Shown here piece after piece: positions 44,139-55,003 of a DNA stretch of 64,000 bases. Every line of letters starts with the position of its first letter. The first letter of the stretch is position 1. This DNA comes from Takakia lepidozioides (lineage: Eukaryota > Plantae > Bryophyta): positions 29,822,001 through 29,886,000 of the forward strand of contig CM060731.1 in NCBI GenBank assembly GCA_030704615.1, written 5' to 3'. The notes below the pieces were generated by a model that did not search any database, had not been told where the DNA came from, and worked only from the letters and a program-made list of their open reading frames with translations. A program made the translations under genes and the position numbers.

Positions 44139-47042
44139 TACAAAGGGCGGTATATATTGGATAATGTCCTTCTGGCCCAGGAGGCGGATGCATACACCAG
44201 GGCATCAAATCAGGCGCTGGCACTTTATCCGCAACAGCTCCAGTAGGGTTATTATTAATGGTCATTTGTCAAAACCCTTTGCCTTCCAGAGATCGGTGCG
44301 ACAGGGATGCCCTCTCTCGCCTTTCCTCTTTCTGTTTGTGGCAGATACTTTGGGTTACATGTTGGATGTTAACCCTGTAGTGAGAGGCCTTCAAATGCAT
44401 GGTTTCAGAGTTGATGCTGCCCTTCAGATCAAAGATTCTATGTTTGTAGATGACATTTTTCTCCTGCTTCAAGCTGAGCCAGCAGCCCTGCATGTGGCCC
44501 AATGCACGATTGACAGTTTTTGCAAGGAATCGGGTTTTAGGGTGAATTGGTCGAAAACCAAGGCTCTTCTGGTGGGAGATATTTCAAAGTCAGGTCTGGG
44601 GGTCTCCCCAGTGTGGGGGGCTAACTTGGGATTGATCTGGCTCAAGGAAGGGGAGTCCACCACCCTCTTGGGCCACGTCTTCGGGATTAATCTCTCTGAA
44701 GACCAATGTCCGGGACCCACTATAGCCAGGCTGAAGGGGCAACTAATCTTCTGGGGCTCTCGGTTCCTCTCCATTACTGGGAGGGCTCTGGTGGCTAACC
44801 AGATCCTTTTGGCCGGTATTTGGTATTTCGCCTCAACCTAGAGCCCCAGCTCTGAACATATCACGAAATCAAAAAGTGTATTAGAAACTTTATATGGGGG
44901 GGCCCACTCGTTGGACTCTAACAAACGTCCCTAGGTCTCTTGGATTCAAATCATAATGCCCAAGAAAATGGGTGGCCTCGGTGTCTTGGATCCTGAAACC
45001 CAGATCAAAGCCCTATTGGGAAAATGGCTCCCCAGATTCCTAAGTCCAGAAGGAGGTTGGTGGAAACTTATGGTGATAGGTTCTATTTCCCTCAGTTCAC
45101 CCCTGAGCACCACTCAATGGTCTCCATCTCTAAGATGGATCACTCAAGGTTATTGTCATTACTCCCCTGGCTCTTCCCTTTGGACCTCTATTTGGTTGGC
45201 TTGGGGGAAGTGCAGACCTTTCCTGCGTAAAAGAGAGCCTACTTCATTTTGTGAAATGCTCAGGCAACACCTGTTCCTCAACAAGCCAGTCCCATCAGCA
45301 GCGGAGAGGAGCCAAGCTACAAGATGGGCGGGGTGGGATGCAAGGGGGCTCTCACAGGTCTCCCATCTATGGTTCAGTACCCCTGTATCTCTTTCCAGAT
45401 CTCTAGGCACCCAAAGGCTCTCCACCGGTATTGCCTCAGTTCTGCAATCAGTTCTAGACTCGTGGAGAGACATACTCAGACAGGGCCCATCCTCTCCGTC
45501 TCTTTATCAGTGGGTGACCACAACTGATCACCATTTTCACGTCATGTTCATTTCGGAAGCCTCGCGTGATAACCTGGTGGGTTTCGCATTCAGGGCCCAT
45601 CCGTATACGGATGCTCTCTCGCTGCACTCATCCAACCCCATCTCAATCCCTTATACAAACACCCCACCAGCCAAAATCTGCCACTAGAACTCTAAGCTCA
45701 AAGATTTTAATCCATCCCTACCATCGAACACGCAGGTTCTACCATGGTTACGATCAAGAACCTTTATATGGATAGGAGGCCAATCCATCCAGGATCTGCA
45801 AAGCGACCCGGCAGAATGGCAATGGGAATTCGGGGACAAGATTTGCTCCTTCTTCTCTTACACGGCCAAGGGTGCCTACAGGGCGATGCTGAAGGCCAAG
45901 CCTCTAACCAAAAAATGGGACGATAGATGGGGCTTATTCCAATTTAGAGAGGAAAACTGGAAGTGCATACATTGGGCTCTGATTTGGGAAAAATCAAAAC
46001 CAGCAAAACTCAGTGCCTTTCTTTGGCAGATTGCAAATAGAGTTTTGAAGGTTGGGCAATTTCTAAACTTCCAAGAGGCGCTACTCTGCAAATGCTGCCC
46101 TATTGGGGTTATTGAGTCTTTGGAACACTGTCTTCTTTTCTGTAGAGGGCCGTCAAAAATCTGGCCCTTGGTTTGGTCACTTTACAGGGTCTGGTCAAAC
46201 ACCGCTCAGGACCCCATAGCCCTCCTGCTAAATTACAACCAAACAACCAAGTCCAAGGTGTCCACATGCCCAGTATTCGAGGCCCTCCGCTCGGCAACAC
46301 TGTGGCAAATCTGGAAGGTTCGGTGCAGATGGACATTAAACAATGCTTCCTCCTCCTGTACAGAAATTGCTTGTGTATTCTATGATGTTACTATTGCAAC
46401 TAAGTTGGCATGGCAAAAACTATGTGCAGAAGCAGACAGGAAACCTGAACGAAAAGATTCCCTCCTCGCCTCCTTCAGGGCATCTTGGGGAAGAGGAGGA
46501 ATCATTTGTGGCATCATTGATTCGGACACCTGTACATGGGCAGACTCCATACCTGAACTCTGGAAACACCAATGGGGCACCGTCTTCGGCCTCCCCTGAC
46601 CTGGACTCGACAGATATTAACTGGAAGCACTAAGGAGGAGATCTAAATCTAAGTTGATCTTCCTCAGATAGACATCTTCAGAGTTTCGCTCCTTGGCCGT
46701 TCTAGCCTGTGCTCTTACTGTTCGTCGTTCCGTTCGGTTCCCTCTGCACTAGGGCACCTCTCTCTCATGGAGGTTTTCATGGAGGTTTTCACTGCTTTGA
46801 ACTAATCCCAGATTAGCTCTCTGCACTATGGGCAAATCTTGCAACCAATAATAGATGGGTCTACCAGGGCTGCATGCGTAGTCAGGTCTATTTCCTACCC
46901 TGTTCACTGTTCGTTGGAATCTCCAACACGGTCCCCGTGTGTTAAGCCTCATGGCAATATGTAAGGGTTTCTTTTTTCTTTTTTTTAATAAATTTTCAGG
47001 GCCTCTCATCCCTTTAAAAAAATTAAAATAAAAATAAAAAAT
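44139..47042 (+). mobile_element. 5'-truncated L1/Tx1-like LINE in an intron of MULE copy 2
   Basis: RT motifs GRYILDN, VRQGCPLSP, MFVDD, VNWSKT. PKKMGGLG. zf-RVT CKCC..ESLEHCLLFC. AATAAA and A-rich tail. RT has an internal deletion near 44228. Confidence 0.9.
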
Positions 47043-47061
47043 ACATAAATTTAATTACACT

Positions 47062-47420
47062 TGGTTGACATAACACATACAAATAGTATACTTGGCTAAA
47101 GAAGAAGAATACAAGCACAAGCTCATGCGAGCTCACAAAGCTGAAGCATAAACTCATGCATATATAACCTCATCACTCAAATACAAGTCAAGCCAAGTGC
47201 ACCCCACGCCATGGGGAATCCACACTACGGCGCCATAGCTAGGCGCGGTGAGGCTCAACTCGAGAAAGATGAGCCTCCCGCGCTTGCCGTGAAGATAACC
47301 ACTCCAGGGCCTAAATCTGCCTTGACCCCTGGATTGACACTTGGGCCAATCCCAAATGTCAATATGTAAAAGCTAGCTATTTCCTAGCTAGTTTCACACT
47401 AGTGGTAAAATAACTTGACA
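47062..47420. mobile_element. LTR-like remnant, related to 49585-49933
   Basis: Shares the blocks AAGTCAAGCCAA..GCACC, GAGGCTC.ACT.GA..AAGA.GAGCCT and GTG.AGATAACC. Both end in TGACA. Confidence 0.45.
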
Positions 47421-48962
47421 ACAGTCATATATATATATATAATCATTATATAACATAATAATATAAATTTCAACAAACTTGCCATGTATATGTGACTTTT
47501 AGATAAATGCAAAGCAAATCCACAAATGTATATTGGATTACCTTGAATTTGTTGGTGCCCAATGGAGCATCACATGCTACCATTTTGTTGTGACCATGTT
47601 TCATCATCATCTCTTTTTGCCACGTAGTTTGTAGACCCAGAATGAATGGTTGTGCCCCAACTTTTTCTTGATAGAAAAAAACCTTATTGGGACATAGGTT
47701 TACTTTCATCTTCACACTGAACGCTTCTTCTTCATGAAACCTGTACTTAATTTTGTGTTAATGCAATGCAATATTGTCAACATCTTTTCTCGTAAGCATA
47801 TCATCTCTTGATGCTTGCAAATGTGGATCTCTTCCTCTCACAATATTCAACATGTCTTCATGTTCCATAATGACTTGGGCAAGTGTCTTGTTTTGAAGAA
47901 GTTTGGACTCAACCCAGTATTTCAGTCGCCCTGACAAATGAGGGACAAGTTCATGCCGGGTGCGAACAGAAGCTGCATCTAAATGACCATGACAAGGTGC
48001 ATCTGCCACATCAACATGACGTTTTTCAAAATATTCGATTCGAGCTATATCTGGATGTAAGTAAAGATGAAAAATCCTAAATGAGCAACAACATCCTCTT
48101 TTGATGCTCTCTCCTCTTTCTATTTTTTGTCGTCGACTACCTGGACCTTGTCGAGGTCTCTGAGTTATATCCTGAGCTTCATAATTTTCCGTTCGTTTAT
48201 CTTGCGGTCCATATGCACAATGCATCCTATATATTGCACACATAATACAATGGGTATGTATGATATTTACTACTATAAAATAAAAATAATATCCATCATA
48301 GACACTCGAATGTCATTATTATAAACTTGATTACATTGACACTCTCTAAAAGCATACCTGCATGACCATGAAGATGTACGGAATGTCGGATACAACGGAG
48401 CTGCAAGAGGTATAGTCGTAGTTTTCATGACAAATGATGTAGTCACATCTTCTCGATGGTTTTCCTCACCAGCAAGAAAATCTGATACCCTGTATTTGTT
48501 GATGATGTGCGCCACCCCCTCCACCTACATCTGCCTGACGTCGATAAGTGTGTCCAACTTCCCATTGAAGTGCGACATGTATGAATGCATCAGGTGGTGG
48601 GATTTGTAAGTTGAACGGATATCTTGGTCTCTCCATAATTACAATGTCAACAAAACATACACATACTTCTAAAAAATCAGGGATGAAAAAATATGACTAT
48701 ATTACAAAGGAGTTGTCTTCCCAACCATAGAGGTATGTACAAAGATTGATAGCCTCTCCCCCAAGCTCAATATATATATCTACTAGATATATCTATCCTA
48801 CCGAGAGATCTCTCTTATGTCTATTCCCTCAAGCTATTCTAAGCCCTCCTATAGCTACCTATTCTAAGCCGCATCTATTCTAGGTATCTACAATTATGTA
48901 ATGGATGAAGAGTTGAACCCAAAAGTTCATCCATCCTAATTTAACCATTCATTGAGTTTACA

Positions 48963-49281
48963 CTTGTTGGCCACTTATTTTATTTTCTCTATTTCCAGTT
49001 TTGTATATTGCATTTGACCCATCCTTTTCTCCAAGAATATGAAAGCTAGCTAATCTAATCAAATTTTATTTTTATTTAAGAGCTTATTCATGACTTTACG
49101 CTTGTTGGTCACTCAGACTTTTACATTTTCTATTTCCAGTTTTGTATATTGCATTTTTGTAGGTCACATCCTTTTCTCCAAGAATATCAAAGCTAACTAT
49201 TCTAGACCATTTGTTTTTGCATTTAAAAACTTATTCATTACTTGTTGGCCATTTTTGTTTCCCTTATTTTTGTATATTGCA
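48963..49281. repeat. ~139-bp tandem repeat, about 2.3 copies
   Basis: TTGTTGG.CA...CTATTTCCAGTTTTGTATATTGCA...CATCCTTTTCTCCAAGAATAT.AAAGCTA repeated. Confidence 0.75.
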
Positions 49282-49382
49282 CCGTTCTGTATATATACAC
49301 ATATATAATGACGTTAATCCATATAATTAATATTAAACAAGCTCTTAGGTATTAGAGAATGACCTCCAAAAATTGTTTTATT

Positions 49383-49583
49383 TGTTAGGAATGTATATAT
49401 AAGTTATGGAATATATATTGATAATGCAAAGAAATTAAGTTAATTGAAGTGAAGAAGAGCCATGGAGTTTTTTTTCCAAGACAAAGGGCTGAAGGACGTG
49501 TCGTGCACCTAAGCATCGTGCCACAACATACATCGTTGTCCAACCACACTTCCTAGCATATAGTCCTAGAAAGCCACGCCACA
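49383..49583 (-). repeat. ~200-bp LTR of the PHD-Gypsy family
   Basis: TGTGGCG...CCTAACA on the minus strand. Its first ~70 bp match the partial LTR at 50411-50480 next to the PPT. Confidence 0.6.
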
Positions 49584-49584
49584 A

Positions 49585-49933
49585 TGATACAGAAATGGTG
49601 AAAAGAGGAGAAACCACTCTATCACGTTATATAAGTCAAGCCAATGGCACCTTTGCTAAAGGACTCCACCATACAGACCTCACCCACTCTCCATCTCAAG
49701 TACTAGAGCTATGGCGGCGAGAGAGAGGCCTCGAGAGGCTCGACTAGAAGAAGACGAGCCTGCCTACATCTCATGTGGAGATAACCTCCTCACGTCCTAA
49801 GTGAGGTTCGCCACCTCACTTGGTACATGGAACCAAATGAAGTCCTAATGCCAACAAAATACAAATATAAATGTATAATGTCCTAATTAGCTAGAAATAA
49901 CTATTTCTAACTAATCACAAACAAAACCATGAC
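49585..49933. mobile_element. LTR-like remnant
   Basis: TG...TGACA. Similar to 47062-47420. Confidence 0.4.
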
Positions 49934-50410
49934 AGCTGTCGTGCATCTATAATAAATGGTTGTATTTAAGGAACACAGTTCATGGGGTATTTTGGTTTTC
50001 ATATTGTAAAGGACTTTATGAAAATGGCTGTTATTGGTAGGTTGATAAAGTACATAAAATTTAGTTTAATGAATAAAAATGTTAAAAAACTCTCACACTA
50101 GATTCTTTATCATAATAGCAAGGGAAGGCCAAGTCCTTTATTCCAATTATGTTACAAAATCTAATAGATAATGAGTCCATAACAAGTTTTGTATGGACTG
50201 TAATATTTAAAGCTTATGGACTTTTTATAAAGTCCATCATTTCTAGAGATAACGGTTTTTGGCGGCAAGTCTGGGAAGGTATATACTATATGTAGATAGG
50301 TACAATGTTGTGAGTCTCATACAAATATAAGATTGTAGATCAAAACCAACAAACTATGTATAGGAAAAATGACCCAATAACGTCAAAAAATGGACACAAT
50401 AGGCTGCAAT

Positions 50411-52705
50411 CATCGTGCCACAACATACATCGCTGTCCAACCACACTTCCTAGCATATAGTCATAGAAAGTCACGCCACAATCGCCCCCCTAGCTGGTGA
50501 TTAGGTCCCTCTAACACCAGATAACTTGCAAGTATCCACCCCAATAAGATCATCGTTTGGTCTTCAATCGCACAAGTCCCAACACCTAAAGTCGATAGAT
50601 CAAGAGGCCGGGTGCAAACGTAGCCCCATCGTTAGTCGCCTTCATGCAATCCATGATTTCAGTTGAGTATCCATGGCATTGAAGCCCCACTAGCTAGACC
50701 TTGGATCATTTGTTCACCTCACCATTGTCATGCCCACTACCTCTGTCCAAGGCATCGTGGACACAACCATTCTCCGATAGGAACCTCCTCAAGTGGCGGT
50801 GTCATGCATCCCGTGTGCCACCGCCTTGAGCATTTGTCACACACAAACATGGTTGCGGCGCCACCAGCATGCCCACATAGCATGCAACGCAACCCTGCAG
50901 GTACCACTACAAGATTGGGATCTATCATCCCATCCACATGTGGAAGGTGAATGGTGCACAATTGCGCACATGGTCTTTCCATACCATGTCATCTCGACCC
51001 TCCAGAATCAACACTCCTGAAGGCAACACCTCCCTGACCCTTAGAATCACACGTCCTGCTGTGACATCCAAGGTCGTAGGCGCTGTCTGCTGCAGATACA
51101 CATAGTCCCCAGGGTGGAAACGCCGAACACTTGGCCGATATCCCCCTCCACGTATAGTGACGTACCTCAGTGTGTCTCGGTGTTGGGGAATAGCAAAGTT
51201 ATCAAAAGCCATAGACATGACTCTCTTGAACAACTCTGCCCGCTGGGGCACATGCTTGTGTCCACACATCCGGATCATCAAGGTTGAGAACTATTGCAGC
51301 CTCCCTGCGAATAGATGCAGGCAAATCCGGCTCTCGGCCGAAGAGAAGAAAGTAAGGTGAGAAGGAGGCAAGTGAAGCTTGTTTGCTGAACCTATAGCCC
51401 ATAGCTAGCCAAGGCAGTTGAAGGTCCCAATCTCCTAGGTGTCCCTTCTGCAAACCGTACTTGCGCAAACCTCTCTTGACTATCTAAACAACTCTCTCCG
51501 CCAAGCCATCAGCCTCGGGATGATCCCGAGAAGTAGTGCGGTGATCTATCAAGGCTTGCTCACACAAAGCCTGAAACTCCCCCAAGAACTCTCTCCCCTG
51601 GTCCGTGAGTATCTCAGCTGGAGCACCAAAATGGCTAAGCACTCGATCTAAGAATGTATACGCAGCCCCCTCACTTGCCTTGTCAGGCAATGCCACCAGT
51701 TCAATCCATTTGGAGAAGTGTTCCACTATCACCTTCAAGTGGGAGTGGACTCACCTACTCCGGGTATGAGAGGATGGACGAGTGAGGATTGTGCCTCATC
51801 CAACACAACGAGCGCGATTGGTACGCCATGCCCATGAGGAATTGGGACATTTTGGGATGCGGCGCACTCATAGTTTGCTACAATGACAGTATTGGTGGCG
51901 GGGCATGCACACGGATGTGCAACAGTTAGTGGCAAGGTGCATGGTGTGTGATAGAGTGCGGGCTTCTTTCAACGCCCCTACTCCACAATTGTATCCTTTA
52001 CCCATTATGGGTTTGGGCTATCGTTGGAGTCTTGACTTCGCAGGCCCACTGCCATTAACAATTCGCCATAACTTCTTGGCTCGTTGTAGGACCCGATCTC
52101 TGTTTTTAACAGTCACACTGGCTGCTGTCTCTCCGGTACGAAGATATGCCAACACTGCTGCATTTTCATGCACATCCTTAGCACCACCAAACTCCTCACT
52201 AGTCTCTGGATCGTCATGCACGCTATCTACATGACCAATCGCATGGGATGGACCAGTTTGAGCTCCCATTGCTAGAATGCACAAAAAGACCGATGCATGT
52301 CATCCTGGCACCATCTCCTCATCCGTCTCATCATGCCACCAAGCTCCAGTATCATCATGCTCGCTCGTGCATGGATTACGACTCAATCCATCTACATCCT
52401 GATTGACAATACCGGCTCGATGCACCACCTGGAAGTCGTACTCTTGAAGCATAAGTGCCCACCGTGCAAGCTTCCCTGTAAGCTTGTCTGACTCCATCAA
52501 TCACTTCAATGGTTGGTGATCCGTGACAAGGGTGAAGAGATTGCCATAGAGGTAGCATCTGAAATGTGCCATTGCCCATACCGCAGCTAGACACTCCCCT
52601 TCATATGAACTATACTTCGTCTCGGCATCATTGTTCGAACGGCTAGCATATGCCACTACGAACTCTCTTCCCTCATCATCCATCATCGACCGCAGTCCTC
52701 TAGTC
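50411..52705 (-). mobile_element. Ty3/Gypsy 3' fragment: RNase H, integrase with C-terminal PHD finger, PPT, partial LTR
   Basis: VAYASRS..E..Y..YEGECLAAVWA, TDHQPL, ARWAL.LQEYDF, TDQGREF, HPEADGLAER, LLFGREP, PHD C4HC3, PPT AGGGGGGCG then TGTGG. Confidence 0.88.
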
Positions 52706-54609
52706 ACAATCTACTCGTTGGATAGTCCAGGGGTTTGGTAACAAATCCACAGGCTCCCCCCTATGGTCGTCCATTTGGAGGTCATGGAGCAGCCTCAGGC
52801 CCTTTCTCAGAAAACTGCAGCCAACCACCTTTCAAAGAAACTCAAAGACAACGCCTCTTTCTAAATCTTCCAAACCCGGATAGGGAAGAACGTCAGGCAG
52901 CAAAGCGTTGGGCGGTTTGGGAGTCAAGAGGGTTTTCCTCGATTAAAGACCTATGGTATAGTACTCCGCAATCCCTTCAGTAAGCTTTGGGAACCCGCCG
53001 CCTACGTTGGGGCATTAACCACATAATTCAGTCAATACCTGACTCCTGGAAGCAGATTCTTAGAGACGGCCCTGGACTCCCTAGTCCTCATTAGTGGATT
53101 ATGCCCGACCGGGTGCCTCTCGCTCATCTCAACTAGCCCTATATCCTTACCAGCTCGTACTTTAGCCAGTACCGCCCCTGTCCGGATCTGTCAATGGTCG
53201 GACCCGGGTAAACCCTTCAACCCCAAGGCACCCATGGGTACCTCCATTCATGCTTGGCTCAAAACACAGGCTTTTATCCTGCTGGGGAATTCGGATATAA
53301 CCTCCCTCCAGTTGGACCCGGCGGAATGGTCTTGGTCTTTTGAGGAGGAGCTAAAGCCCTTTTTTTCATATACTGCAAAGAAGGGATACAGGGCAATGCT
53401 GGCTGCTAGGCCTCTAAACTCCAAATGGGATCGGAAATGGAGCCATGTGAACTTTGATCAAGAGAACTGGAAAGGTATATGGTCAGTAGTTTGGAGCAAA
53501 TCGAAACCGGCTAGATTAAGGGCCTTCTTATGGCAGGTAGCTAATAGGGTTCTTAAAGTGGGCCACTATTTGAACTTCCCAGAGGCTCTACTCTGCAGAT
53601 GTTGCAACAACCAACTCTTAGAAACTTTGGAACATTGTCTGCTACACTGCCTGGCCCCATCAAAGATCTGGCCATTGGTCAGTTCCTTCTACAGGGCTTG
53701 GGACCATATGCCCGCTGATCTAGTAGCTATCCTCCTCAACTACAGTCCGACACAAAAACAATTGCCTCCCACTGCCCTGTATTTGATGCTCTTCGTAGTT
53801 CGGTCCTTTGGAACCTTTGGAAAGGACGATGTGCCTGGGCTCTAGACAATGAGAACACATCAGCTTCAGCTATTCTTTCTATGGTGTTCTTTGATCTCAT
53901 TGTAGTTGCTAAAAAAGCTTGGGCAGTGCTATGTGCAGCGGTCAAAAGGAAGCCACAACAACAACCCTCTCTCATCCATACCTTCGGAGCAACCTGGGGC
54001 AAGCACAGACTCATTTGCAAAGTTTTTGGCCTCACCTGTCTTTGGGCAGATTCAATCCCCTCCTGCTGGCAAAGAAGTAGGGGTTACCTCTTCAGCCTCC
54101 CTAGAATTTGACTGAACAAAGATCAATTGGAGGCATATTAGAGCAGGTTCGGCAACTCGTCTTCATTTCCACAGATAGACTCGTGGTTCTCTCCAGGGCA
54201 GGCAATTAGCAAGTGCTTCCTATCTTCTAGCCTCATCAAATTCGCCCTGCTATTCTCCTGCTCTCCCAACCTCCTCCATGCACCCTCACCATCCCACTGC
54301 TTCCATGTTCTCAGTTCTGTCCACTATCGTAGATCCAGACCTACCTCCATTACGGGTAATGGTTTCTGGCAGATCTTTCCAAGGTCTTCAAGGTTTTAGA
54401 TAAGGCATCGAGTCCCTGTGGGTTCAAAATGCAGTTCATTCGAGAGTCCACTCTTGGTTATGGTCCTGGACCTATCCTGCACGGTCCTCCGTGTGTTATG
54501 CCTTATGGCAGCCTGCGGGCATTTTAAGGGTTTTAATTTTTTTCCCTTAAATAATCATTTAATAAAGTTCTCAGGGCTCCGTTCCCGTTCCTCAAAAAAA
54601 AATAAAAAA
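52706..54609 (+). mobile_element. Second 5'-truncated L1-like LINE, same family as 44139-47042 but diverged
   Basis: YTAKKGYRAML..PL..KWD, SKPARLRAFLWQVANRVLKVG, CRCC..ETLEHCLLHC. AATAAA and poly(A) at ~54594-54609. Confidence 0.88.
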
Positions 54610-54727
54610 TTGATATATATGATCATCCATTTGTATCAGTATAGGTACATAACACTGTATCACTTCTGGCTTATACTTGGGTGAGTGAAATTCCCTGATC
54701 GGCGGGGGAAGGGCTAGCATTCCAAGA

Positions 54728-55003
54728 CAGCCATTCTTTTAGTGGCGAATAATCGCCAGATTTCGACCTCAAAAAATAAAATCGAATATTCTGTCGCAAA
54801 TCCACTGTTTTTTCATGGATGAAATCGCCAAATTTCTCCAAATAAAAAATAAAGTATGGATGAATTCGCCAAATATGGATGATATATATGGATGATGGCA
54901 CATATGTGGATGAATTACAGTGGATGAACAAAATAAATGGCTATTTCCTGCAAAACTCTGTAGCCACTCGTGCTATTTTCCAAATTTCTTAAAAAAAACA
55001 CTG
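54728..55003. mobile_element. hAT-type MITE
   Basis: Ends CAG...AAAAAAAACACTG. 8-bp TSD TTCCAAGA/TTCCAGGA (7/8). Internal TGGCGA/TCGCCA motifs. Confidence 0.6.

Larger units (their letters stand above)
42400..48636 (-). pseudogene. MULE-like DDE/SWIM transposase pseudogene, copy 2, interrupted by a LINE and an LTR-like piece
   Basis: RVSDFLAGEE, HCAYGPQD, KRGCCCSF, HVD...CHG, NKVFFYQE..PFILGLQTTWQ..MVACDAPLGTNKFK, PLFTLLVFD, FMVDDCDTEINAIK, LCQWHVKRAW, NTNAGVEAYH, RIGRxVDWL, SWIM CCTCHWSQRGNMCKH (~42770-42810). Confidence 0.8.

Noticed and set aside
48645-48973. Possible solo LTR next to the start of MULE copy 2
   Set aside because: TGTCAACA..TGTTGGCCA ends are only suggestive, there is no TSD, and the right end overlaps a tandem repeat.
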